Shown here: one piece after another, positions 1 to 11,629 of the stretch
Numbering within the stretch: position 1 is the first letter of the stretch
How the letters are laid out: each line of letters opens with the position of its first letter
NCBI GenBank assembly: GCA_951406725.2
Contig: OX597814.1
Span: 139,624,001-139,688,000 of the forward strand
Length of the DNA stretch: 64,000 bases
Source: Octopus vulgaris
Lineage: Eukaryota
Direction: 5' to 3'
Notes under the pieces: model-generated
The model's database searches: none
What the model was told of the DNA's origin: nothing
What the model saw: only the letters and a program-made list of their open reading frames with translations
Position numbers and translations under genes: made by a program

Positions 1-414
1 GAAGAACCAGTAGTTTCCATTGCTGCCTGTTGCTATTCCACTTACTCAACAACAAATAATTCCTTTGAGAAAAGTATGGAGATCACAACTTCCTTCTCGC
101 ATCCTCCAGAATTCAAAGTACTGCATCTGTCGCAGAAATCAATATCGTAAAATGTCCAAAACATGTACTGGTGTTTGCTTTTTTTTTATTTTACCTACCG
201 ACAACTGTGGAAGTCATATTTCTCGTCCGCCTTGTCTTCTTGTCTGTCTCTCACATTCAGCCATTCTCTCAAGTCAGCTTTACACTTTCCATGTTACTTT
301 GAATGATGACTTTCAAGAAAGTCATCTCAAAGTCTGAGGAATCTCTCATTTCTCTCTTCTTTCACTTTCTACAGGATTTGTTTAGAAATAGCAAAACACC
401 AACGTTCAGCGGCC

Positions 415-636
415 ACACATGTATGCACACGCGTGCATGCACACACACACACACATGCGTGCGCGTGCACAGCTAGTACGCAAACACATCAACACCTACG
501 CAAAAGAAAACATACATGTGCACATAAATACACACTTGAACAAACTCTTTCTCTCTTTCTCTCATACACACACTCACAGACATACACACACTAAGACACA
601 TGTGTACACACATGTACATACACCCACACACCTCAC
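415..636. repeat. Degenerate (CA)n/(CGTG)-rich microsatellite
   Basis: Visible CA/ACAC runs; explains the His/Thr-rich ORFs 419-700 and 473-739. Confidence 0.9.
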
Positions 637-959
637 AAAATGTCCATTTTTTGTCAATTCCAGTGTTACAGTCCTTCCACAGATAGTGTTGTTCATTTGA
701 AGATAGAATATTACATATTTCGTTGTAATTCTCATTCACAGAAAAGTTAGTCGGTTTACAGAAAGCATTTCCGTTGTTTTCAATGGAAATGTCACAAGAA
801 TGGTAGTAGGTTGGTCTGGAATTACATCATAGAATCAAATCCCCCTCCGTTCTCCCCCATCCCCTCATCAGCACTGGAAAGAAACGGATTTATTCACTTA
901 CAGAGGAACAAATTTTCTTATGTTTATTTGTGGTAAATGTTTTTAAAACATGTTCATTT

Positions 960-1285
960 ATCTCTTTATATATTTATTTACTCATCCGTATCTCTCTCTC
1001 TATATATCTATCTATCTATCTATCTGTCAGTCTCTGTTTGTCTGTTTCTCTGCCTATCTATCTGTCTATCTCTCTACTTATCCGTGTGTCTATCTGTCTG
1101 TCTCTCTCTATCTATCTATCTACCTACCTATCTGTCTATACCTATCTATCTCTATCCATCTATCTATCTACATATCTACCTCTGTCTATACCTATCTATC
1201 TATCTCTATCCAGCTATCTACCTATCTATCACAGTCTGTACCTATCCATCTATCTACCTACCTATGTCTATACCTATCTGTCTAC

Positions 1286-1360
<75 letters not shown>

Positions 1361-1556
1361 CCTACCTACCTATCTACCTGTCTACCTACCTACCTACCTG
1401 TCTACCTGTTTTTATGTACCTAGTTATCTGTCTATTTCTTTATCCATCTATTTATTTTGTTGTTGATCCAAGTATTTTCTTGTTTATCCACTATCTATAT
1501 GCCTATCTATCTATCTATATGCCTATCAATCTATCTATCTATCTGTCTGTCCATCC

Positions 1557-1595
<39 letters not shown>

Positions 1596-1680
1596 CTTAT
1601 ACATAAATGTGTATGCTTATATATAATTTCATGTGGGTAATATACATATATATATATATGTATATATATATTATACGTAT
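960..1680. repeat. Compound (TATC)n/(TACC)n/(TA)n microsatellite
   Basis: Long tatc/ctac arrays, then (TA)n; source of the YLSI-repeat ORFs. Confidence 0.97.
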
Positions 1681-2489
1681 GTATTTATCTCTGTCAATAT
1701 AAAAATTTTAATGTGATTATATCTTTAAATTCAAACATACATTACGTTAATGCTAAATATTTCTTTTCTGATATAATTTTTTTCTCTTCTTTCTCCTCCT
1801 CCTACTTATCATCATCATCATCATCATCACCACCAAATCCACCATCACCACCGCCACCACCACTACAGAAGGGAAGCATGTTGTCAGAAACAGTGAAGTG
1901 ACAGGCTAAAATGTCTTGCATTTATTTTGACTCAGCATTCCTTTCCATTCCATTCCATTTCATTCACTATGTGTCATTGATATAAATACCAGTAATACTC
2001 TGTGGTTTGGTCCGTTGCAAAATTACGAAATTATGGCCTTGTTTGGCAAGTCTAAAATAACCTTTATTGTTGTTGTTGATGGCTGCTGATGATGAGGAAC
2101 TTGTTTGATGTCATTAAATTCAGTTTTTGTGATAGATTTATTTATATGCTATGTGTGGCACCTTGGGGAAAGTGTCTTTGACTATAACCTCAGGCCAACC
2201 AACGCCTTGCAAGTGGTTTTGTTATATGGAAACTGAAAGAAGTCCTTCATATATGTATCTATGTATGTGTATGTGTGTCTATATATATATATGTATGTAT
2301 ATGTATGTATATATGCTTTATTATAAAAGCTCCAAAATATTCTCAGAACTGTTACTCAGAGTTTCATGTTCCTGTTTGTTGGACACTTATGATGAATGCA
2401 TAAGTATTTTATGATAAAGCATATTACTCTACCCTTGGTATTTGAGTACTATTCTTCTACATTGTTTTGCACTTATGTGCCTACCTGTG

Positions 2490-2562
<73 letters not shown>

Positions 2563-2600
2563 GTCTATCTATCTATCTACTTACCTGTCTGTCTGTCTGG
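2490..2600. repeat. (TATC)n microsatellite
   Basis: About 20 near-perfect atct units. Confidence 0.97.
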
Positions 2601-2654
2601 ATGTTAAACGCTGATGATGATGATGATGATATACCTACACACGCAATTTATATA

Positions 2655-3265
2655 ATGTGCAGGTGTGGATGTATGTTTGGAAGGCTTGCTTTCCAATCAT
2701 GTGGTCTTAAGTTCAGTGGATTTGGTAGTTTGGTAGATGGAAACTGAAAGAAGCCTTTTATACGTTTGTATATTTGTGTGTAGTTGTGCATACTCCTGTC
2801 CTGACATCATGTATTGATTGCAAATGAGCATCATCACCTTACAAGCAATGCTGTTCATTTTCAGTTTTGTGTGGAAACCATGCTTGTCTAGGGAAATATT
2901 GAAAGGAAGTGAGGCTAGGTGACAAGTAGGGCATCCAGCCCTAGAAAATGTGCCTTAAATTCCGTCTGACTCATGCAAGCATGGAAAATTTGATGTTAAG
3001 TGATGATGATGATGATGATGATTTGTGTGTGTGTGTGTGCCTCCTCATCTTTATCATCACCTGATATTTGTAAATGTCTGTCACCATCATACAAGCAGTG
3101 TCATTCATTTCCAATCTTCCATGAAAACATGTCTGGTTTTGAGGAAATATTAACTTGTTTGGAAATGAATGCAGTTTGGTCAAAGGAAGGACATCCAGCC
3201 ATAGAAAATCTGCCTCAACAAATTCTTTCTGATCTATGCAAACATGTGAAAATGTGGACATTATA
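2655..3265 (+). mobile_element. Two decayed SINE family C copies (tRNA/CORE-like head, RTE-like 3' tail, (ATG)n end)
   Basis: ggatttggtagatggaaactgaaagaagc body followed by gggcatccagcc..gcatggaaaa..gttaa(tga)n, matching the 3' UTR of the LINE at 23.3-23.5 kb. Confidence 0.75.
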
Positions 3266-3271
3266 ATTATT

Positions 3272-3940
3272 TTCTTTTACTTGTTTCAGTCGTTAGACTT
3301 TGCTGGGACTCCATCTTGAAGAATTTTTAGTTGAATGAATCAGACTCTGTACTTATCCATTTTTGTAAAACTTGGTACTTATTCTATCGGCCTCTTGCCA
3401 AACTGCTAAGTTACGGAGATCTAAACAAACTAACGCCAGTTGTCAAGTGGGGAACAAACACAAAGACACACACACATATGATGATCTTCTTTCAGTTTCT
3501 TATTTCTTTATTGCCCACAAGGAGCTAAACATAGAGGGGACAAACAAGGACAGACAAACAGATTAAGTCGATTATATCGACCCCAGTGCGTAACTGGTAC
3601 TTAATTTATCGACTCCGAAAGGATGAAAGGCAAAGTCGACCTCGGCGGAATTTGAACTCCGAACGTAACGGCAGACAAAATACCGCTAAGCATTTCGCCC
3701 GGCGTGCTAACGATTCTGCCAGCTCGCTGCCTTGTGCCAGCTCGCCACCTTGTACCAGCTCACCACCTTGTGCCAGCTTGCCGCCTTCAGTTTCTGTCTA
3801 CCAAATCTTCTCACAAGGCTTTGGTTGGCCTGAGGCTATATAGTAGAAAACACTTGCCCAAGGTGCCACACAGTGGGACTGAACTCTGAACCATGTGGTT
3901 AGGAAGCAAATTTCTTCCCACATGGTCACACCTGTGCCTG
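3272..3940 (-). mobile_element. tRNA-derived SINE family A, interrupted by a family B SINE
   Basis: Reverse complement of the full copy at 27124-27536 (cacttgcccaaggtgccacacagtgggactgaac, ttttacttgtttcagtc end). Confidence 0.9.
3501..3785 (-). mobile_element. SINE family B with 10-bp TSD
   Basis: aaaggatgaaaggcaaagtcgacctcggcggaatttgaactc core; TSD ttcagtttct at 3491-3500 and 3786-3795. Confidence 0.9.
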
Positions 3941-4329
3941 TTGATGATTTCTGGTTGTATAAAATGATGCAGTATTTATTTTTATGTTCAACATTCATAT
4001 CCTGCAGTAGTTGCATTGACCTAAGCTCTGTGAAATGAGAGCCAGTAATATATTGGATCGATTCAATGAGATTATGCTTTGTTTCTGTACAAATTTGTGG
4101 TCTTGTGCCAGAGTTAGAAACCATTGTTGTACAATTTGTACAATGACCTTTGACAAGACCTTCAACTGCTGCTTGCCTCTGCTTCATACCAAATTAATCA
4201 ATTTTTATCATCATAACAATAACCATCTCTTTGACTCTCGTCATCCTCATGGTTATCATTTATTCTGTGTTAACCTGTATTATTATAATTGTATATTTGT
4301 GTACTTTCTCTGATTACAAGTTGTATTTT

Positions 4330-4550
4330 TGTTGTTATTTAGCCCTTGGTCAGCCTGACTTAAGCTGACCTACCTCAGATCAAGGCTATTTCAGTCATGA
4401 ACATTGCTTTCTTTTTTCAGCAATAGTATATTGTACCCCAGATCATATACGATGCATCTTTTTTTATTTACAGATATTTGTGTGTAGTTTGAGAGAGATT
4501 TAGCTACTATTTCTAGCAGGTCTAGCAACTATGTAGAGGCTCCTTTGTTG
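4330..4550. mobile_element. Old dispersed repeat family (gatttgagggagatttagctgctatttctagcagg motif)
   Basis: Same motif recurs at about 7670, 20410, 21440, 21590, 51950 and 60850, and inverted at about 4700, 8490, 35240 and 35430. Confidence 0.7.
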
Positions 4551-4854
4551 ATGCAACAAGTTGTATATAATGTCTGTATGTGTGTGTACATGTATATGTG
4601 TGTGTGTGGTTGTGTGACACTTTTGTGCATATCTGTCTGTAATAACTGCTAGTAAATCAGTGCATATCTGTTTTACTCAAGTATTTTGAACCCAAGATGA
4701 AGCCTCTAGGTGGTTGTTACAGCTACAAGAAATAGCAGTTAATTCTTCTCTGAATCACATTTTACATTACATTTTACCATCTTAAAATCAAAAAGGAATA
4801 CAAAAGACATGACACAATGGATAATATGCTCTGGGGTGCACTGTGCCTAGGGGA

Positions 4855-5075
4855 GGAATTTCGACTGTGTTTCGTGGTCTGCTACCACAACAGCTCCTTT
4901 ATAGGATCCAGTTAGCTCAAGACATCATCAGGAGGAACCACGTCCGGTTTTGGCCCAATCTCCTCTACCGTTTTGATGTGGCGGCCACCTTCCTTTCGGA
5001 GGTGTCTTCAGCTCTGGTGCTGGGTGCATGTCTTCTTTCTTCTGTTCCCTCTTTGATGTAGCGTCACCGAGTGTC
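4855..5075 (-). mobile_element. GC-rich PLE-like fragment with degenerate HHR-like cores
   Basis: Minus strand reads ctgaaga...caaaacggta gagg, then cctc ctgatga...ac gaaac aca gtc. Confidence 0.4.
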
Positions 5076-5374
5076 AGAGTGGTCACAGCTGGAATGCCTT
5101 TGATTGTAGTTTTTTTGATCAGGGTTGATATAGGGTTTAACAACCACAACAGTTTATATATTTTACTAGCCAGAATTTTGTATAATGATAGAAGTAAGTT
5201 TTAAGAATTAGGGCTGCACTAAGGCTCATGAAAATTAGATAGGGAAGGCTATAGGGCTAGGTGCTGTAAACTCCTGTCCTCATGAAGTGAAAAGTTGAGA
5301 AATGCCACTCCATACATGCCTACCACTGATACCATCATTGATTGTGTGTGTAGGAGGTATGCTGTGTGTATGAT

Positions 5375-6155
5375 TATCTTTTATCTTCTTAGCTTTTACT
5401 TGTTTCAGCCATTAGACTGCGGCCATGCACTGCCTTGAAGAATTTATAGTCAAATGCATTGATCCCAGTACTTTTATTTGTTTAAGCCTGGTAATTATTC
5501 TATCGATCTCTTTTGCCAAACTGCTAAGTTATGGGGGACATAAACACACCAACACTGATTGTCAAGCGGTGGAGATGGGATACAAACACAGATATACGCC
5601 CATAGATATATATACTTATGTATATATGATGGACTTCTTTCAGTTGTCTACCAAATCCATTCACAAGGCTTTGGTTAGCCCAAAACTATAGTAGAAGACA
5701 CTTGCCCAAGGTGCCACACAGTGGGACTGAACCTGAAACCATGTGGTTGGAAAGCAGGCTTCTTACCACACAGCCACACCTGCGCCTGTATGTTAGTTTA
5801 TCTTTTACTTGTTTCAATCATCAAGGGGCATCACCCTGAAGAATTTTTAGTCAAATGAATCAATACTCAGTACTTATTTTTTAAAAACCTGGTACTCACT
5901 TATTTTATTAGCCCCTTTTGCTGAACTGTTAAGTTATGGGGGATATAAACACACCAACACTGATTGTCATGCAGTGATGGGTGACAGACACACAGACACA
6001 AAGACACACACACACACACACACACACACATGATGGGCTTCTTTCAGTTTCTGTCAACCAAATCCATTCACAAGGATTTGGTCAGCTTTAACCTATAGAA
6101 GAACACACTTGCCTAGGGTGTCATGCAGTGGCACTGAACCTAGAACCATGTGATT
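5375..6155 (-). mobile_element. Two tandem SINE family A copies
   Basis: Two consecutive reverse-complement copies (about 5375-5790 and 5797-6155). Confidence 0.9.
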
Positions 6156-6475
6156 GAGTGATCCCATTACTCATTTATTTTTTTAACCCTGGTACGTATT
6201 GCTAAGTTGCTGGGACATAAACAAACCATCACTGACTGTTTACAAAGAGTCTAGTTTGACTATGGGTAGTGGAGAGAGGGAACTGAAAGTATTGGTCTTC
6301 TAAAAGCATTCTTTTATCTAGTTATACCTTTCTATGCTGTGAGTTGAAATCCCTCCAATGTGGACTTTACCTTTTATTTTTTTTGGAAGTTGGTATTATA
6401 TGCACCAGTAACATATTGGAAGTCATTTAATTAACTCTACAGTTATGTGATTCTGTGCCAAAGTTAAAATTCACA

Positions 6476-6510
<35 letters not shown>

Positions 6511-6511
<1 letters not shown>

Positions 6512-6975
6512 GAGTGAGAGAGCAGTTCATGCCATCAAAGTGACACTGGGGTAAAATATACGAAGCCCAATATACCCATCATGACTACCCGTCTGATAAG
6601 GGCACACCAGGCACATGCATCACAACCATATGTGCGCAACATGGTGATCTCATATCAAGATAAACAGCACATGACCTTGCAGGTGGGGCCCAGTTAGAAT
6701 TTTCTTCAGGTTGAGTAGCCCATCCCACTCAAGCGGTCCCTGAATAAGGGTTGTTTAAGGATGTTGAAAGAACCACCCATGTTTCCAGAGGTGAATTATT
6801 CAAACCCCAAAGAATCCCTCTCAACACATGGCTATGATGCTCCCCCACTACTTCTGCTCGTGATCAGAGATGCACATATCGTCAGCCACTAAGGGACATG
6901 CTCAACTGGTTAAGGTCAAACAACTGACAAGCAAATCTATGGTATTGAGCAGAATATTTGCTGTAGCCCATCTTT
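6511..6975 (-). mobile_element. Unclassified element of about 465 bp inserted in an (ATT)n tract
   Basis: GC-richer block flanked on both sides by (att)n; no ORF; orientation assumed from an (AAT)n tail. Confidence 0.55.
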
Positions 6976-6977
6976 AA

Positions 6978-7041
<64 letters not shown>

Positions 7042-7343
7042 GCCTAGATCAATTTGAATAGTGTAAAATGTGTCATAATGCATTGCATCTAAACAATTTG
7101 GGTTGAAGAAACAACAGTACAGGAATTATATCCTGCAATCAATGGACCCATTTGTCCAATCCCAGGCAAAATCAAAATCGTCTCTGTCTCCATTGGGACT
7201 GATGGCAAAATCCATAAGTAGGCTCAAATTACATTCATGCTTCCATCACAAATAGGTGCAGTTTCTTTTATTTTTAATCTTTTTTTAAAAATCCTTTCCT
7301 TCAAACACTTATACATCAGAATATTGAAATCAACAGGAGTGAC

Positions 7344-7406
<63 letters not shown>
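7344..7406. repeat. (CAT)n microsatellite
   Basis: About 21 cat units; source of the poly-Met ORF. Confidence 0.97.
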
Positions 7407-7740
7407 TACATAGCACAGAGGATTGGTTGAATCACTGTGTTGCAGTATTCGTTTTGGCTCTTTATGTTTTTGAGTACTGGAGTTGATGTACTTCTCAAAT
7501 AGCGTTGACCTTTTGCCTAAATTAGAAGCAATTATTACAACTCAGTCTTATGTCAGCTCTAATTGACTAAATCATAGTCCTTCCAATTAGGATCTCTCCA
7601 TCTTGTATCGAGAAAGTGTATGTAGGACTTTATTAGTCAATTATGTCCTTACTTTTTGTTAGACAGTAGGGTAAGATTTGAGGCATATTTATTTAACTGC
7701 TATGTTTAGCAGGTTGATAAATGATGTAGAGACTTCCTTT

Positions 7741-8145
7741 CATCATCATTTAATGTCCGCTTTTCATGCTAGCATGGGTTGGACGATTTTGACTAGGGCT
7801 GGCGAACCAGACGGTCGCACCAGGCTCCAATCTTGATCTGGCAGAGTTTCTACAGCCTGATGCCCTTCCTAACGCCAACCACTCCGAGAGTATAGTGGGT
7901 GCTTTTTACGTGCCACTGGCACGGGGCCAGTCAGGTGGTACTGGCAATGACCTCGCTCGAATCTTTTTACACATGCCACTGACACAGGTGCCAGTAAGGC
8001 AACGTTGGTAACAATTACGCTTGAATGGTGCCTTTTTATATGCCACCGGCATGGAGCCAGTTGGTTGCTCTGGCAACGACTATGCTCGGATGGTGCTCTT
8101 TGCACCCTACTAGCACGGGCACAAGTGCTAGTAAGGTGACGCTGC
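7741..8145 (-). mobile_element. RTE LINE 3' UTR fragment
   Basis: catcatcatttaatgtccgcttttcatgctagcatgggttggacg...gcccttcctaacgccaaccactccg closely matches the LINE 3' end at 23328-23520. Confidence 0.88.
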
Positions 8146-9779
8146 TTTGTATTAATTAATGTGGGTTTACTGCTTCCCCTCTGTGGTTATCATCTTTTCA
8201 TCATTAATTTTATGTTTATTTTCACACAGAGACATGGCTTCAATATATTCATAATATAGCAACTCCACATTATGTCTCAGACCCTGCACCATCTCTTATG
8301 TAAGGTCTAGTTTTCTCAGATTTGCATTCACCACTTCTTGCAGGTTTTCCCTGGCTTGTCTCTACTGTACAACTTATGCTCAACTCTGTTGATGCATTGC
8401 ATCAGGTTTCCAGCAAACATTATATTTCAGCTTTACATTGCCTTACAAATATGGGTTAAAGAAACAACCACAAGCCAACAAGAGCCTTTATGTAGTTCCT
8501 GAACCTGTAAGAAATAGAAACCATCCTGAAATTACACCGTACCATTTTAAAAAGGGAAGAACACGCTGGATAATGTAGTCCTAGATAGGCAATGCCTGAG
8601 AGAATGATAGTGGTGGAGTGGAGTAAATTAAAAAAAGTTCTTGGTTTGGTTTGGAGGATGGGGTTATGTCATGGCCTTTATAGCCCCCCCCCCCAAGACC
8701 AATGTGCCTGGACAACTGTAATAAAAAAAATATACTAGGATGAAATTCCAGACAGGATGATGTCATGAGGAAGGGCTGGGTAAAGTGGTTCATGTGGGGA
8801 CTGGAGAGGTGCTTACAAGACAGTGAGTTGGGAGCAGAGGTAAAGCAATGGAAAGACCAGGAGAGAGTCACTTCCAAGTACAAGCGTGTGATGGAGTGCA
8901 AAATTTCCTTTTATTTATCGTACCTGTTAATTTAGATGGAGGTTAGGCGTGGTACTAAAATTACCTTTGTCCCCTGTTGCTGGACACCTTTGTTACACCA
9001 CTGGTTAGAAGTGCCCATGTGGAAGTGGCACTTGGTTACAAAACTAAGAGTACCTGAAGCCTTTTAGTAATAGTAGTAGTAGTAGAAAAGACAGAGGGGA
9101 GATAGAAAATTGGAATGTGTTGGTGTACCACTTCATGCCAGTTAGTCAAGCTGCCTTTCTTTATGTGCAGTCTAGATTGTCTACATTATAGCTGGAACAT
9201 CTTTGATTAGATGTAGGTCTACTCACTCAGAGCTGACCTGGGGCTAAAGAACAACAACAACAACAAATCAGCAAATTGAAGGCTTAATTATAATTTGTTT
9301 CAACAGTTCCACAATTGTATATTATTATTTGCATATAATTTAGTTATAAACAATATTGAATTCGGGCTTTCTTTTTTCTTAAGAGTCTAGTTTTTATCTG
9401 CAAGAACTCATATTTATTTATAAGTGCTCAAAAAGGCCATGATAATGTTTTATTTATATTTAATTATAATGGTATTTTTTAAAGTCTAATTATATCTCTA
9501 CCACTATATCTATAATTCATGGTGTTTTGTTTCATTTCTTTTGAGACATATCTGATGGCAACACTTCAAACAATACAACTGAAGATTAATATTGATAAAC
9601 ACATCTTTATCTTTTCTGTTATAATCTGATATAATTTCTCAGGGTAAGCTAATGAGAAATCTAAAAAGAATGAGCTAGATATATGTTTTGTGGTAAACCT
9701 TTTAAATATTTTAATTATTTTTTTTTTTTTAGTATGAGTGATTCAAGAAGATTGGTTGAGGAGTTTTATATGTTTATGT

Positions 9780-10150
9780 GAAATATTCAACAATATATTT
9801 CCTCATAATCAGACATGTTTTTCATGGAAGACTGGAAACAAACATCTCTTGCATGACAATGATGGTCATTTACAACAAACAAATAATGTCTGGACCAGGG
9901 TACACACTCACACACACACATGCATGCATGCACACACACGCATGCATGCACACACACGGCATGCATGCACACACATGCATGCATGCGCACACATGCAATG
10001 GGCTGCATTCAGTTTCCATCTCCCAAAATTCACTCACAAGGCTTTGGTCAATCTGGTGACTCTCTATAGTAGAAGAGAGTTGCCCTAGGTCCTGGACAAT
10101 GGGACTGAACCCTAGACCACATGGTTGGGAAGCAAGCTTCTTGACCACTC
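9780..10150 (-). mobile_element. SINE family C, decayed
   Basis: gggactgaaccctagaccacatggttgggaagcaagc head; family C body with (CATG/CA)n expansion. Confidence 0.7.
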
Positions 10151-10169
10151 AAATACAGCTGCACACACA

Positions 10170-10200
<31 letters not shown>

Positions 10201-10589
10201 TATGTGTATGTATTTCATTGACTTCTTATTTCTTTCATCTTCTTGTATGTCCATTGGTTATAAAACTGTGGCTTTGTGACTGTGCTATTTGCTCACAGTC
10301 CACCATCAAAACATGTCCAGGCTTCTTGACAAACCATGACATGTTGCACAATCTTTGTAAACAAAATATTAATTCATATGAAGGTGTTTTCAGTTCTTTG
10401 TATACATAAACATGTTCAGGCTTATTTTTTTGTTCGATAGACTGTGGCTGGCATCAACGAAGGGTATCTGGTTGTTGAAAATTCTGCTGTTTGACCCATG
10501 CAAGCATGGAAAAGTGGATGTTAAAATGATTATGATAATGATGATGATAATGAAAATAATTTTAAAGTACATTCAAGTGTTGAGCCTCA

Positions 10590-10980
10590 CGTTGGGCCTC
10601 ATGTAGGCAAAGTTGCTGAGTTCCTTTCGAGCGTTAGGCCTCGCAGATGCAATGACCAAAACTTTTGGCATTATGTCGTGTTTGAGAAGAAGACCCGTTA
10701 AGCTGAATTAAATTGCAGTCGTGACAGATACTGGTGTCACATAAATTGGCACCCATGCTGGTGGCATATAAAAGCACCCTGGTGTCATGCAAATGGCATG
10801 CAAAAACACCCATTGCACTCTTGGAGTAATTGGCATTAGGAAGGGTATCCAACTGTAGAAAACCATGCCAAATTAGACTGGAGTCTGGTGCAGTCTTCCA
10901 GCATGCCAGCTCAGTCAAACTGTCCAATCCATACCAGTATGGACAACAGACGTTAAATGATGATGATGATGATGATGATT
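10590..10980 (+). mobile_element. RTE LINE 3' fragment (end of ORF2 plus 3' UTR, (ATG)n tail)
   Basis: ttaggcctcgcagatgcaatgacc matches the LGLTEAM region; ggcattaggaagggtatcc...gacgttaaatgatgatg tail. Confidence 0.85.
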
Positions 10981-11068
10981 CAATCTGAAAAAAAAAGAAG
11001 AAAAATCTGGTTAATTTCAATGTCATATTGCATGGTAGGTTTTTACTATGGCGAAGCATAAATTTGCA

Positions 11069-11629
11069 TATGAGTTCTGATCAACAAGCATTGAGACTGA
11101 TGCGATGAAAAGATGACTACAACTCATATCAATTCAGGATTCAATTTCTTTTGAGTTAGACCCCTTCTGAAGCCACACTCTTTATCTGGCATTGTTTCCA
11201 TTGATGGAAGCATTTCTGGAAGTCCTTTTTTGAGATAGCAAGTAGCTGTCTTGTCACATTCTTTTTGATTTCCTTAACATCTTGAAACCTTGTTGGAGAT
11301 CTTCCACTGCAAAGTCTGAGATTTGGTTTTGGAGTCATAGCCTTAGACCCATGGTTTGTCACCTGTTATGCCTTTTCAAAATGCTTTTGTTTTCTTTGAC
11401 ACAATCAAGGAGATCCTGTGCAGCTGAATCCCATAGTTTTTGAGACAACCACATTCTACACACTTTACTTCCAAGCACTACTATAAGCAACAGAAGTGAG
11501 TGAGGATGTTATAACTTAGTGTGCATGCATGACAGGGTGCAAAGTCAATCTGTGCCAAGCAGCTTCACTCTGTGTACTTTAGCTCCATTACCATAGCAAC
11601 AGACCCAGTAGTTTTTGATCAGATCTTGT
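11069..11629 (-). mobile_element. Internally deleted mariner transposon relic
   Basis: Minus-strand peptides ITGDKPWV*GYDSKTKSQTLQWK (cf. mariner ITGDETWVYGYDPETK..QWK) and RFQDVKEIKKNVTRQLLAISKKDFQKCFHQWKQC..SVASEG (mariner C-terminus); imperfect TIRs tatgagttctgatcaacaag / tttttgatcagatcttgt. Confidence 0.85.

Noticed and set aside
1-337. ORF 20-337 and the frame-1 open stretch 1-150 as a host exon
   Set aside because: No recognisable protein motif and no convincing splice boundaries; cannot be supported
930-1626. Long ORFs of 157-229 aa
   Set aside because: Translations of the (TATC)n microsatellite; the same applies to the HTHT, YIYI and CVCV ORFs throughout
6580-6605. ctgataagggc resembling the 3' half of miR-184
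   Set aside because: Seed absent and no precursor hairpin
6780-6940. Possible HDV-like ribozyme on the minus strand of the (ATT)n-flanked element
   Set aside because: A P1-like pairing (gtcagt/gctgac) exists, but L3, the P1.1 GG and P2 do not fit the consensus
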